A DNA stretch of 64,000 nt from Bacteroidia bacterium (GTDB lineage Bacteria > Bacteroidota > Bacteroidia > UKL13-3), in NCBI GenBank assembly GCA_044351265.1, contig JBILGC010000003.1, positions 22,886-86,885 of the forward strand. The letters are read 5' to 3'. The position numbers were made by a program, and so were the translations under genes. The stretch's first letter is position 1, and each line of letters begins with the position of its first letter. Below, piece after piece: positions 9,640-19,706 of this stretch. Below the pieces are notes generated by a model that did no database searches, was not told the origin of the DNA, and saw nothing but the letters and a program-made list of their open reading frames with translations.

Positions 9640-11265
9640 TTACTTAACACGTTTACCATTTAAAAATACAGCAGTCGGCATCAGCATTCTGATATCTTCC
9701 AGTTTATGCTTTAACAAATCTTTATCAACCATTATAAAATCCGCCAACTTGCCTTTCTCCAGTGAGCCTTTTAAATGTTCCTCAATAGCAGCCTTTGCTG
9801 CCCAGATGGTCATTCCGCGCAATGCATTCTCTCTGCTTAGTGCATTTTCAATCTGAAAACCTCCGGCCGGAAATTGTTTTGCGTCCATGCGTGCTACGGC
9901 TGCATAAAAAGTATGAAAAGGATTGGGCGACTCTACTGGAAAATCTGTTCCTAATGGTATCCATCCATTTTGCTTCATGAGTGTTTTTAGTGCATAGGCT
10001 CCTTTTAACCGTTCTTCACCAAGTCGCTCTTTGGCCCAATACATATCGCTGGTGGCATGTGTTGGCTGCACAGAAGGAATAATTCCGTAACTGCCAAACA
10101 AATCAAAATCATTGCTATTTACAACCTGAGCGTGTTCTATGCGCCAGCGCCTTTTCTTATCTCCATTTAAATATTTACCATACAATTGAAGAATAAACCG
10201 ATTGGCTGAATCACCAATGCAGTGGGTATTGAGCTGATATGGAGATTGACTGATGCGTTTTACATATTCCTCCATCTTTTGATGTGAGGTTAGGATGAGA
10301 CCATGATGACCGGGCTGATCAGCATATGGATGCATGAGGCAAGCACCACGTGAACCCAATGCGCCATCGGCATACATTTTAAATGAAGAAACATTGAGCC
10401 TTTCATTATTGATAGGCTTACGAGCCAGCCATTCGTCTACCTGATTATCATTGGCACTAATCATAGCATATATGCGCATGTGCAATAAGCCGGCCTGTTG
10501 AAGTGAATCAATGATGTAAATGATTTCAGATGGCAATCCTGCATCGCATACACCGGTTAAACCATATTGAAAGCAAACCTCTTGTGCAAGCAACAAAGAA
10601 CGAATGATACTTTCCTTGTCTGGTTTAGGCAATTTATCTTCTACCAGATCAACTGCATTGTCTATTAACACACCAGTAAGTACCTTGTTTTTCTTTAGCA
10701 ATTCACCTCCGGAAACATGTGTGTTTAAGTCGATACCCGCCAGTTGTAATGCTTTGTTATTGGCAATAGCTGCATGGCCATCAACCCTTTTCAGCAATAC
10801 GGGAATAGAAGGAAATAACTCATTAAGTAAGCTGTTATCCGGATATTCCTTTACCATCCAATCATTTTGGTCCCAACCTCTACCCATAAGTAAAGTAAGT
10901 TGATTATTGGCAGCAAACGTTTTGCATTTTTCCAACACCTCCTGCCAACTATTGGTACCCGTTAAATCAACTTTTTGGGCTTGTGCACCCAATCCGTAAA
11001 AATGTGAATGTGCATCTATTAAACCCGGGTAGATAAATTTACCTGTGGCTTCAATAATGGTATCTGCCTGATAATTATCTAGGAGCTTACTGCTGCCAAT
11101 TTCCAGAATTTTTCCATGATCAATTACCATTATCTCTGCAGTGTTCATAGCTGAATCAATGGTATTTATTACCCCTCCTTTTACGATCATATCAGCATGC
11201 TTCTTGTTACTGCATGAAGCTAGAACAATGAGTAGGCCAAATACAAACAGCGCATATTTATTCAT
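9640..11265 (-). CDS. Amidohydrolase-family metal-dependent hydrolase, lipoprotein
   Basis: Lipoprotein signal MNKYALFVFGLLIVLASC. Metal-binding motif PGLIDAHSHF (HxH of the amidohydrolase superfamily). About 540 aa, amidohydrolase-3-like. The start was taken at the internal Met, because the longer ORF start at 11298 abuts the divergent gene. Confidence 0.7.
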   Translation of the reverse strand: MNKYALFVFGLLIVLASCSNKKHADMIVKGGVINTIDSAMNTAEIMVIDHGKILEIGSSKLLDNYQADTIIEATGKFIYPGLIDAHSHFYGLGAQAQKVDLTGTNSWQEVLEKCKTFAANNQLTLLMGRGWDQNDWMVKEYPDNSLLNELFPSIPVLLKRVDGHAAIANNKALQLAGIDLNTHVSGGELLKKNKVLTGVLIDNAVDLVEDKLPKPDKESIIRSLLLAQEVCFQYGLTGVCDAGLPSEIIYIIDSLQQAGLLHMRIYAMISANDNQVDEWLARKPINNERLNVSSFKMYADGALGSRGACLMHPYADQPGHHGLILTSHQKMEEYVKRISQSPYQLNTHCIGDSANRFILQLYGKYLNGDKKRRWRIEHAQVVNSNDFDLFGSYGIIPSVQPTHATSDMYWAKERLGEERLKGAYALKTLMKQNGWIPLGTDFPVESPNPFHTFYAAVARMDAKQFPAGGFQIENALSRENALRGMTIWAAKAAIEEHLKGSLEKGKLADFIMVDKDLLKHKLEDIRMLMPTAVFLNGKRVK

Positions 11266-11306
11266 TTCAATTAAACCTTTCATACCTTTGCTTATCATAA
11301 AAAGCC

Positions 11307-12386
11307 GTGTTTAGATATTTTTTTTCAATACTAATTGTTTGTTTTTGTTTTCTGAAACTTTCTGCTCAGGATACTGCCTTTTATATAAATAAGAAAGGAA
11401 TAAAGTATACACGTGCTGATTATGTTGATGACAAAACAGGCTTTATACAGATAACACCTTTTCTTTATAACTCCAGAAATCACTTTGAATTACAGGATAA
11501 ACGCGTGCTCACATTTGAACCTAATGAGAGCGTGAATGTAGGTGTAAAGCTAATGCATAAATGGCTGGGAGTGGCCTTTTCTGTTGGCATTAAAAACACC
11601 CAAGCCGAAAGAAGAGGCAATACAGACTATGTTAATTTTCAGTTGAACAGTTATGGCAAAAAAGTAGGATTCGATATTTACTACTCAGACTATACCGGAT
11701 ATTACCTAGAGAACTACAGAAAGTTTGCTGAGCTGGCAGAAGCTTATGGAAATAGATTCCCGGTGCGATCTGATATCAGCACCACCAGCATTGGCGCTAA
11801 TACTTACTATATTTTTAACCATAAAAAGTATTCTTATCGCTCCACTTTTGTTCACAATGAAATACAGAAAAAAAGTGCAGGCTCAGTACTGCTCAATGCC
11901 TCTATTTCTTATTTTAGAATTAGCGGAGACTCCGCCATAGTGCCGAGGGGTATTAATAGCTTTTACGAGGATCGATCTCGATTTGAAGATGGTAATTTTT
12001 ATAGTATGTCCTTGCTACCCGGATATTCTCACACACTGGTACTGTTTAAACGTTTTTTTATTACAGGGGCTTTGCTCTTAGGGGTTACCGGGCAGTATCA
12101 GGAATTCTCACAAGAAGATGAATCAAATCAAACAAGATGGGTTGCATTGCCACGTGGCATGTCGAGATTTGGTTTTGGATACAATGGCAATAAATTTTAT
12201 GCCGGGCTTACCTCTATGGCCGATGCCTACAATTTACCACTGGGAAACCAATCCAGATTAACCTATTTCATTGCAAGCGGCTCTGTTTATTTTGGTATAC
12301 GATTGCAGGTGCCAAAAGTATTGAAGAAAATATCAAACGGTATGGACTATTATTCTCCTGCACTTATTTTCCATCACTCCCGCTAG
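11307..12386 (+). CDS. Uncharacterised outer-membrane protein (signal peptide, beta-rich; possibly DUF4421-like)
   Basis: Signal peptide MFRYFFSILIVCFCFLKLSAQ. Alternating aromatic/hydrophobic pattern typical of beta-barrels. No recognisable enzymatic motif. Confidence 0.35.
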   Translation: MFRYFFSILIVCFCFLKLSAQDTAFYINKKGIKYTRADYVDDKTGFIQITPFLYNSRNHFELQDKRVLTFEPNESVNVGVKLMHKWLGVAFSVGIKNTQAERRGNTDYVNFQLNSYGKKVGFDIYYSDYTGYYLENYRKFAELAEAYGNRFPVRSDISTTSIGANTYYIFNHKKYSYRSTFVHNEIQKKSAGSVLLNASISYFRISGDSAIVPRGINSFYEDRSRFEDGNFYSMSLLPGYSHTLVLFKRFFITGALLLGVTGQYQEFSQEDESNQTRWVALPRGMSRFGFGYNGNKFYAGLTSMADAYNLPLGNQSRLTYFIASGSVYFGIRLQVPKVLKKISNGMDYYSPALIFHHSR

Positions 12387-13299
12387 TTGGCGGCTTGTGC
12401 TTCCAGCGCCTGTGGCTCCATAACCATATTTCAGGACAACTGATGATATCCTTCTCCAGCATACGCGTATAGGTTTCCGTAATTTCATTTTCTTTAGTTG
12501 CAGCAGGTTGATCCGATACCAACTGAAAACTTACATGGTAATATCCCCTTCTTAACCTTTTCACCGAGGCATATAGCACCGGAAAGTTCAACTTTTTAGC
12601 CATGAATTCAGCACCTGTTAAAACAGGTGTGGGCTGATTAAGAAAAGTTAGCCACAAAGCATCTTTAGGATTGGAAGGTGTTTGATCGGCAATAAAAGCA
12701 GTGATGGTTCTTTCCTTGCGCGAAGCAATCATTCTTTTTGCTGCATGATGCATATTGAGTAAATTCATCCCAAATCGCATCCTGAATTTTGCAGTAAGCC
12801 AATTAAAAAACGGATTTTTGATTGGATGATATAATACATAAGAAGAATATGGATGATGCATCATAAACGATTGTCCGGCCCACTCCCAGTTGCCCCAATG
12901 ACCTAATACCATAATTACACTTTGGTTATTAGTATAGAAAGAATCAACCAATTTTATGGATTGCTCATCATATGTACAGTGCTTTTTTAGTTGTACTTTA
13001 CTAATTGTTGAAACTTTATAGGTCTCAATCATCAAATCAATTAAGTAGCGGTAATATCTTTTAGCTATGATATCAATTTCTGCAGATGTTTTTTGAGGAA
13101 AAGCATTTCTTAAATTATTATACACCACCTTTCTTCTATAGCCAAGCAGATAGTACATAAAATAATAAATCATATCAGACAAAATGTACAAAAATGGCAT
13201 AGGCAGCATCATTAGAAGAACAAATGGCGCTGCCAATAAGTGATAATACCATTTTGCCTTGAATGTATCTGACATGGTTTTGCTTATAATAGTTTTCAA
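12364..13299 (-). CDS. Lipid A biosynthesis (Kdo)2-lipid IVA acyltransferase family protein (LpxL/HtrB-like)
   Basis: N-terminal membrane anchor, HWGNWEW (the HX4D/E-type acyltransferase region) and a C-terminal PEIWLWSHRRWKHKP resembling the LpxL C-terminus (EQYMWLHRRFKTRP). 311 aa. Confidence 0.75.
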   Translation of the reverse strand: MKTIISKTMSDTFKAKWYYHLLAAPFVLLMMLPMPFLYILSDMIYYFMYYLLGYRRKVVYNNLRNAFPQKTSAEIDIIAKRYYRYLIDLMIETYKVSTISKVQLKKHCTYDEQSIKLVDSFYTNNQSVIMVLGHWGNWEWAGQSFMMHHPYSSYVLYHPIKNPFFNWLTAKFRMRFGMNLLNMHHAAKRMIASRKERTITAFIADQTPSNPKDALWLTFLNQPTPVLTGAEFMAKKLNFPVLYASVKRLRRGYYHVSFQLVSDQPAATKENEITETYTRMLEKDIISCPEIWLWSHRRWKHKPPTSGSDGK

Positions 13300-13330
13300 T
13301 TATAATCTTTAAATAGCTTTATTTGAACCT

Positions 13331-16300
13331 ATGAAAACTTTTTTATCATTTTTCTGCGCAACCATAATTGTTCAGATGTCGTTATTTGCACAAGTAAATA
13401 TACAGCAGGCCGGAGTATCTTATTTTAATAATCTGGACTCCCTAGCAAGAAGCGGAACAGTGTCCACTCCCTTACCGGAAGGATGGCTCTTTGCAGAGAC
13501 AGGCACAAATGCCAATAACACATATACAGCAGATATTGGTTCAGCTACTGCTGGTAATACCTATAGCTTTGGTAGTAGTAACTCAGCCGACCGGGCTCTT
13601 GGTAGTCTGGCAAGTGGGAGTTTAAACAGTAATATCGGTGCACGTTTTATAAATCAAACAGGAAATACCATCAACACAGTTGAATTAAACTTTTTAATGG
13701 AGCAATGGAGAAGTGGAGGAAGAACCACTCCTGATACTTCATTGTTTTTTTATGGCATAAATAATGGTGGTTTACTTGCTGCAAATGGCACTTGGACAAG
13801 AGACTTAAGACTTGACCTGCTTTCCAAAAGGTATAGTAACCCGGCACCTCCAGCAGGTGGGCTCAATGGAAATGATACCGCCAACCAACGTGCATATACC
13901 GGAATTGAACTAACAGGATTAACAATAAACAATGGCGATACTTTATACCTGCGCTGGTTTGATATTAATGTAGCAGGGAATGATGATGCCTTGGCTATTG
14001 ACAGCTTTACAATTATTTTTAAGACCTCTTCATCTACTATAACCAAACCAAATGCCATTCCATCTTTCTCTTACAGTCAAATTACTTCACAGCAAGCACG
14101 CATAACATGGCCAAAGCCCTCGGGGTATGTTGACAGTGCACAAACGATATTATTATTTTTAAGAGCCGGTACACCTCCAGCAACTGGAAATATAACTCAG
14201 TCAAGCAACCGTTTTATTGCTTCAGATGATTTCCTCTCATCCCAAAGCAGCAGATACCCTTTTGATACAGCAGCAAAATGCATTTATAAAGGCGACAGCG
14301 GCTTTGTATCCCTGAGCGGTCTAGCCCCGGCAACTTGGTATTATGTACTTGGATATGCAACAAGAGATGCAGACTCTGCTTATTCTGTATTACGAATTGA
14401 TTCATTCCAAACTGCAAGTCCGCCACAGCCGGTAAGTAATATATCTGTAGCAGGTGATATGGTAACAACTGCCAGAATTTCTTGGTCATTGCCTCCAACA
14501 TACAATGCAGCTGCTTCAAGTGTATTGGTTTTTGTTAAAGCAGATAGTGCAGTTAACTTGCAAACACCCACCTTAGATCCATCTCGCTACCAGGCCAATG
14601 GAAATATAGGTTTGGGCACACCATATCAGCATGACGCTGCAGCCTCATGTGTTGCAAAAACAGATGCCCAAACCACATTGGTACTTAAATTACAGCCATC
14701 AAAAAACTATCATATACTTATACTGGTTGTGAATGATGCGGACTCAACCTATTCTCAGTCTGCGGTATTTTCATTTACACAACAGGTTCCAAATCCTCTG
14801 CCGCTTGTTCAATTAAACTCCGTTCCTTTAACAGCAACCAGTGCACAAATTACTTGGCAAAAACCTGCCGGTTATAATAATTCAAAATACACAACAGTGC
14901 TATATTTAAAAGCGGATACGTTGATTACAAATGCACAGCCACTGGCAGGCATTACATCTATTAATGCATCAACCATATTTAAAAATGGAAGTAAATTTCA
15001 ATTTGATACGCTGGCACATTGCATTTTTAAAGGAGATACCAATTTGGTAACTGTTACCAACCTTAGCAACGCAAAAAAATATTTTTTAAGCGCCTGGGTT
15101 ATTGAAGATTTTGATTCTGTATACAGCACAGAGGCAAAAATTCAGGTGGTATCAAAGCCTCCTCCACCGCTATATTCCATAGGCAGTATCAATAAGGCTA
15201 ATTCCATAACCGGTGTTGCCGATTCGCTTGGGAAAGGGGCAACCATAAGAGGCATCGTGTATGGCTTTAACCAAACACTTAGCGGGCTTAGCTTTTTATT
15301 GGCTGATGCAACAGGTGGAATTCAGATTTCTAGCCCGGGTAAAACTTTTGGCTATCCGGTAGCTGAAGGTGATAGCTTGCAGATAAGTGGTATTGTGGGA
15401 ACCCAACGCGGGCTAGCCAATTTGCAGACACTAGATACCATAGTTAAGCTTGGCTCAGCAAGGCCATTACAAAATCCGGTTATTGTAAATACACTTAATG
15501 AACCTACTGAAAACAAATTAATACAGGTAAAATGGGTTCGGTTTGTTACACCACCTGCAGGCAGCAAATGGCCAACAGTAAATTCAAATATCAAGGTGAT
15601 TAAAGTAGGCACTACCGATACATTGACCATCAGGCTGCTTTCTGCATCTGCACTGGCAGGTCAGAATCTTCCAAAAACAACTATATTCACAGTAACCGGT
15701 TTAGGAAGTCAGATAAGTACCAGCTTCAGCGCACCATTTCAATTTGACGGCTACCAGATTATTCCAAGAAATGTAGCCGATATCCAACCAAACGATACAC
15801 TTGAGGCATTCACACTTTTACAACCTGTAAATTCTTCTGAAATAAATATTGATACACTACCTGCAACCCAATTAAATTTAAGATGGCAACGCAGTGCCAA
15901 CTTACCTATTGCGGCAGTGCCAACCTATACGCTTGAATTGGATACTGCGGCTTCATCAGGCCTATTTGCATCACCGGATTACACAAATAATTCTGCCAGC
16001 GACACTTCAATTACCCTGAATAATCAGCAACTGCGCTCATTGGCGCAAACCTTAGGAATAAAGCAAGGACAAAATTACAGTGGCAGATGGCGTGTAGTTG
16101 CAGCAACTGGCAACTATCAGCGAACATCAACAGATACGTTTACCATACTGCTTAAAAATAATTTTTCTACCGGTGTAGCTGAATGGGACCATTTTTCAAA
16201 AATGGTATTGCTTTACCCTAATCCTGCATCAGATAATGTAAGTGTGCAATCTGAAAAAAATATTGATTCTTGGTTTATTAAAGATGTTTCAGGTAAAGTG

Positions 16301-16429
16301 GTAGCCTCAGGTAAAACAAATTCTGGCCCCCTTCAGGAGCTGAATATTGAGGAGTTAAAATCAGGATTGTATTTTGTAACATTATACAGCGGTCGGTCTT
16401 CAGCTCATGTGAAACTGATAAAGAAATAA
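13331..16429 (+). CDS. Large secreted multi-domain protein with a type IX secretion system C-terminal sorting domain
   Basis: Signal peptide MKTFLSFFCATIIVQMSLFAQ. 1032 aa. Three tandem repeats of about 125 aa (ITWPKPSGY..., ISWSLPPTY..., ITWQKPAGY...). The C-terminus LYPNPASDNVSVQSEK...GLYFVTLYSGRSSAHVKLIKK is a typical Por/T9SS CTD. Confidence 0.7.
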   Translation: MKTFLSFFCATIIVQMSLFAQVNIQQAGVSYFNNLDSLARSGTVSTPLPEGWLFAETGTNANNTYTADIGSATAGNTYSFGSSNSADRALGSLASGSLNSNIGARFINQTGNTINTVELNFLMEQWRSGGRTTPDTSLFFYGINNGGLLAANGTWTRDLRLDLLSKRYSNPAPPAGGLNGNDTANQRAYTGIELTGLTINNGDTLYLRWFDINVAGNDDALAIDSFTIIFKTSSSTITKPNAIPSFSYSQITSQQARITWPKPSGYVDSAQTILLFLRAGTPPATGNITQSSNRFIASDDFLSSQSSRYPFDTAAKCIYKGDSGFVSLSGLAPATWYYVLGYATRDADSAYSVLRIDSFQTASPPQPVSNISVAGDMVTTARISWSLPPTYNAAASSVLVFVKADSAVNLQTPTLDPSRYQANGNIGLGTPYQHDAAASCVAKTDAQTTLVLKLQPSKNYHILILVVNDADSTYSQSAVFSFTQQVPNPLPLVQLNSVPLTATSAQITWQKPAGYNNSKYTTVLYLKADTLITNAQPLAGITSINASTIFKNGSKFQFDTLAHCIFKGDTNLVTVTNLSNAKKYFLSAWVIEDFDSVYSTEAKIQVVSKPPPPLYSIGSINKANSITGVADSLGKGATIRGIVYGFNQTLSGLSFLLADATGGIQISSPGKTFGYPVAEGDSLQISGIVGTQRGLANLQTLDTIVKLGSARPLQNPVIVNTLNEPTENKLIQVKWVRFVTPPAGSKWPTVNSNIKVIKVGTTDTLTIRLLSASALAGQNLPKTTIFTVTGLGSQISTSFSAPFQFDGYQIIPRNVADIQPNDTLEAFTLLQPVNSSEINIDTLPATQLNLRWQRSANLPIAAVPTYTLELDTAASSGLFASPDYTNNSASDTSITLNNQQLRSLAQTLGIKQGQNYSGRWRVVAATGNYQRTSTDTFTILLKNNFSTGVAEWDHFSKMVLLYPNPASDNVSVQSEKNIDSWFIKDVSGKVVASGKTNSGPLQELNIEELKSGLYFVTLYSGRSSAHVKLIKK
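14036..15166 (+). repeat. Three tandem in-frame repeats of about 375 bp, encoding FN3-like modules within the T9SS cargo gene
   Basis: Protein-level repeats with a shared pattern: [IS][TS]W.[KL]P.[GT]Y...(T/S)xxLxFLKAD...LxHCIxKGD...Y...A(T/D)SxYS. Divergent enough that this is not a recent duplication. Confidence 0.5.
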
Positions 16430-16501
16430 CATAAAAGCAGTTAAGATATTGGCGTGAATATGGTTTAATATTCATATAATTGTTGGGATATTACCCTCTA
16501 T

Positions 16502-18178
16502 ATGAAAAAACTTTATTTGGTTTCACTGCTTTTTGCCTGCATAAAAATTAATGCACAGCAAAGCGGAGAACTCACTGACAAAGGACAATTCTCAGGCAAT
16601 TTTCAGATGAACACGCAGTTTTATTTGCGTGATGATAAAATTGGAGCAAGCACCACCCAATACCTGAGGGAAAAATCTTCTACCGAAGCATGGCTCTTTA
16701 TGAATTATAAACTAAAGGGTTTCAATTTTACGGTTCGCTATGATTTGTTTAATAACTCTCCATTATTTAATCCGTTTCAGGCATATACCAATCAAGGACT
16801 AGGCTATTGGGAAATAACCAAAGAGATAGACAAGTTCAGCATCACCGGAGGATACTTTTATGACCAATTCGGTACCGGGCTTATTTTTAGGGCTTACGAA
16901 GACAGGAATATAGGAATTGATTTTGCCGTACAGGGAGCACGCATTGTTTATACGCCAACTGAAAATCTTCGCTTGAAGGTTTTTACTGGCAGGCAAAAAT
17001 ATCGGTTTGATACCAGAGAGCCTGTAATTAAAGGAGGTAATATTGAGTATCGCCTGCCTGTTTCAGAAAATGCTATTTTGGATATGGGTGCTTCCTTGGT
17101 TAACAGAACACTCGACCAAAATACAATGAGCCAAGTTGCAAATACCATAAATGGATACGCACTTGAAAAACGTTTTAATCCAACGTACAATGTTTATTCA
17201 TGGAATCTTTATAATACACTAAATTATAAAAAATTTACTCTCTATCTGGAGTATTGTAATAAAAGCCCTGAGGCTATTCTGGATTACAGCAACACATTGG
17301 TTAAAAAAGGAGGCAATATTTATTATGCGAGTTTATCCTATGCTACAAAAGGACTAGGCATTAATGGACAAATACGCAGGATAGAAACTTATCCGTTAAG
17401 AGTTAATCCCTTAGAGATACAACCTTTTCCAAACAGTGCAGTAATTAACTATATGCCTGCACTTACCCGCCAAAACACATATCGATTGCTTGCCCGCTAC
17501 AATTCAGTAGTGCAGGAGCTTGGAGAGAATGCAGCCCAACTGGAAATAACTTTTAAACCTAATAAAAAGTTTTCTATGAACATCAACACCTCTGCAGTTA
17601 ATGCACTTAATGGTGTAGATTTTAAGAGGAGCATTCCTGAAATAAAATGGGACAGCACCACCAAATTATTCAGTGAGTTTTACATAGATGCTTCATACAA
17701 ATTTACCTCAGCCTTTAAAATGATGGCGGGTATACAGTTAATTGGCTACAATCAGGTTTTATTTGAAGGCAAGCCCCAGGAAAAAGCACCCTATGTAAAT
17801 GCCATCACACCTTTTGGAGAATTCACTTACCGAATTACGCCTACCCGCTCTGTCAGAATGGAGTGGCAATACATGCACACCAATCAGGATTTGGGAAAAT
17901 TTGTGAATGCATTGGTTGAATACAATATTGCCCCTCATTGGTCATTTGCTGCAGGCGATCTTATCAATATAGAACATGGAACGATAAATAAACCCGGACC
18001 GGGAGAAAAATTTGAGTTTATTCATTACTACAATTTTTTTGCTGCCTACACATATAAAAGCTCACGCCTAACAGCAGGGTTTTTAAAACAACCCCAAGGT
18101 GTGAATTGCACAGGCGGTGTTTGCCGCGTTGAGCCTGCATTTAGTGGCGGACGCATAACTTTAACAACTAATTTCTAA
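16502..18178 (+). CDS. Outer-membrane beta-barrel protein (DUF6029-like)
   Basis: Signal peptide MKKLYLVSLLFACIKINAQ. 558 aa with beta-strand periodicity. The C-terminal Cys-containing tail GVNCTGGVCRVEPAFSGGRITLTTNF ends in an aromatic residue. 72 bp downstream of the T9SS cargo gene. Confidence 0.45.
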   Translation: MKKLYLVSLLFACIKINAQQSGELTDKGQFSGNFQMNTQFYLRDDKIGASTTQYLREKSSTEAWLFMNYKLKGFNFTVRYDLFNNSPLFNPFQAYTNQGLGYWEITKEIDKFSITGGYFYDQFGTGLIFRAYEDRNIGIDFAVQGARIVYTPTENLRLKVFTGRQKYRFDTREPVIKGGNIEYRLPVSENAILDMGASLVNRTLDQNTMSQVANTINGYALEKRFNPTYNVYSWNLYNTLNYKKFTLYLEYCNKSPEAILDYSNTLVKKGGNIYYASLSYATKGLGINGQIRRIETYPLRVNPLEIQPFPNSAVINYMPALTRQNTYRLLARYNSVVQELGENAAQLEITFKPNKKFSMNINTSAVNALNGVDFKRSIPEIKWDSTTKLFSEFYIDASYKFTSAFKMMAGIQLIGYNQVLFEGKPQEKAPYVNAITPFGEFTYRITPTRSVRMEWQYMHTNQDLGKFVNALVEYNIAPHWSFAAGDLINIEHGTINKPGPGEKFEFIHYYNFFAAYTYKSSRLTAGFLKQPQGVNCTGGVCRVEPAFSGGRITLTTNF

Positions 18179-18187
18179 TTTCGAAGT

Positions 18188-19120
18188 ATGAAAAAATTAC
18201 AACTGCTTACCTGCATAATTATTTTTTCGCTTTTGAGTGCCTGCGAAGAAGAACCGCCTTTTATAGATTATAACCCTCCAAAAATTTTATTTGATACCAC
18301 TTATATCGACAATAATATCCCTTCGGCACAAAGAAAAATAACACTGCTTGAAGATGTATCAGGAGTAAAATGCCCTAACTGTCCTGATGCTACTAAAATT
18401 GCCTTGGCTACTAAAAATGAATTGCAAGGACGTTTACATATTGTGGTGATTCATCCAAACATTCCTGCGCTGGGATCTTTCGTAGATCCGGTAACTACTC
18501 CTTTTGTAAGCAAACAAGATTTTAGAACAGATGCAGGAAAGGCTATTTGTGAACAGATTATTGGCACCCCTAATTCGCTACCTCGAGGTTGTGTAGACCG
18601 CACAAAGTTCGGAGATCAACAGGCTATACTTACCGATAGAACCGTATGGAATGCAAAAATAAAAGAACGCGATGCCCTTACCACCCCGGTTAACCTTGAA
18701 ATTGAACAACTGCCTTCTGCACCCAATCAGATTTTGATTGAAGTGAGTATGCATTATACCCAAAAACAAACCGACTCCAATTACTTAAGTGTGATGCTGC
18801 TTGAAGATAGCATGATAGACGTTCAGGAATATCAAACTATTGTAGATGGAATAATCACTCAAAAATTTGATTCGGCATACGTGCACAACCATGTATTGCG
18901 TGACATGTTCACGCTATACACAGGTGAGTTGCTAAACAAGAGCGGAATTACCCTTGATGCCGGCAGGGTAATAAAGAAACGCTATCTGTATACCATACCA
19001 ACTGATAAACCAAAAGTAATCATCAGAAAGAAACATACGAGAATATTAGCCTTTGTTCACCGCAACAGTGCCACCAATAAGGAAGTGCTACAATCGCAGG
19101 AAATAGAAGTGAATGAATAA
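18188..19120 (+). CDS. Omp28-related outer-membrane lipoprotein (thioredoxin-like CxxC)
   Basis: Lipoprotein signal ...IFSLLSAC, CPNCPD motif, 310 aa. 9 bp after the preceding beta-barrel gene. Confidence 0.4.
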   Translation: MKKLQLLTCIIIFSLLSACEEEPPFIDYNPPKILFDTTYIDNNIPSAQRKITLLEDVSGVKCPNCPDATKIALATKNELQGRLHIVVIHPNIPALGSFVDPVTTPFVSKQDFRTDAGKAICEQIIGTPNSLPRGCVDRTKFGDQQAILTDRTVWNAKIKERDALTTPVNLEIEQLPSAPNQILIEVSMHYTQKQTDSNYLSVMLLEDSMIDVQEYQTIVDGIITQKFDSAYVHNHVLRDMFTLYTGELLNKSGITLDAGRVIKKRYLYTIPTDKPKVIIRKKHTRILAFVHRNSATNKEVLQSQEIEVNE

Positions 19121-19706
19121 AAGCTTTTTATTTCTTTCTGTTTTTTATATCCTGTATGGTTGCACCGGATCTGATAAGTCTTATATCCAATCCATCACAG
19201 AACAGCACAAACAATATGCTGCATCTTTCACAGATACTGCACAATCACCGCTTGACTCAGCAGAACGCATTGCTTTTAAAGGTGTAGCTCATTTCGTGCC
19301 CGATAAAAATTATAAAGTGACAGCGAAAGTGCTATGGCTGCCATACACCGGTGCTGTTGATTTACCTCACTCAAGGGGAGATTTCAGACCCTATTTTCAG
19401 GCGGCTCAATTAAACTTTACAATTAATGGTAATGATTATTCATTAATTGGATATCAAAATGAAAAAATGCGCACACAGCGTATCTTATTTGTACCGTTTG
19501 CTGATGCAACCAACAGCAATGAAACTTATGGTGGTGGGCGCTATATGGATATTTCATACGTACCCAATGCTTCAGAAACTGTGATGGATTTTAATTTGAG
19601 TTATTACCCCTACTGTGCATACAGCCATCGCTATTCATGCCCTATTGTGCCAAAGGAAAACTCCCTGAACATTGCTATCCGTGCAGGTGAGCGTAACAGT
19701 CACTAG
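19113..19706 (+). CDS. DUF1684 domain-containing protein
   Basis: 197 aa with the C-terminal motif YYPYCAYSHRYSCPIVPKENSLNIAIRAGE, characteristic of DUF1684 (YC.Y...CP..P.EN.L...I.AGE). An 8-nt overlap with the upstream gene suggests translational coupling. Confidence 0.6.
   Translation: MNKSFLFLSVFYILYGCTGSDKSYIQSITEQHKQYAASFTDTAQSPLDSAERIAFKGVAHFVPDKNYKVTAKVLWLPYTGAVDLPHSRGDFRPYFQAAQLNFTINGNDYSLIGYQNEKMRTQRILFVPFADATNSNETYGGGRYMDISYVPNASETVMDFNLSYYPYCAYSHRYSCPIVPKENSLNIAIRAGERNSH

Noticed and set aside
11298-11307. Divergent gene pair whose annotated start codons are only 8 bp apart (amidohydrolase at 11298 and OM protein at 11307)
   Set aside because: This is an annotation artefact of the longest-ORF rule. 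The amidohydrolase almost certainly starts at the internal Met that precedes its lipoprotein signal peptide (11265), which restores a normal intergenic promoter region.
16430-16501. Short inverted repeat tgaatat-ggttta-atattca between the T9SS cargo gene and the beta-barrel gene, considered as a terminator
   Set aside because: A 7-bp AT-only stem without a following T-run is too weak for an intrinsic terminator. The downstream gene is more likely co-transcribed.
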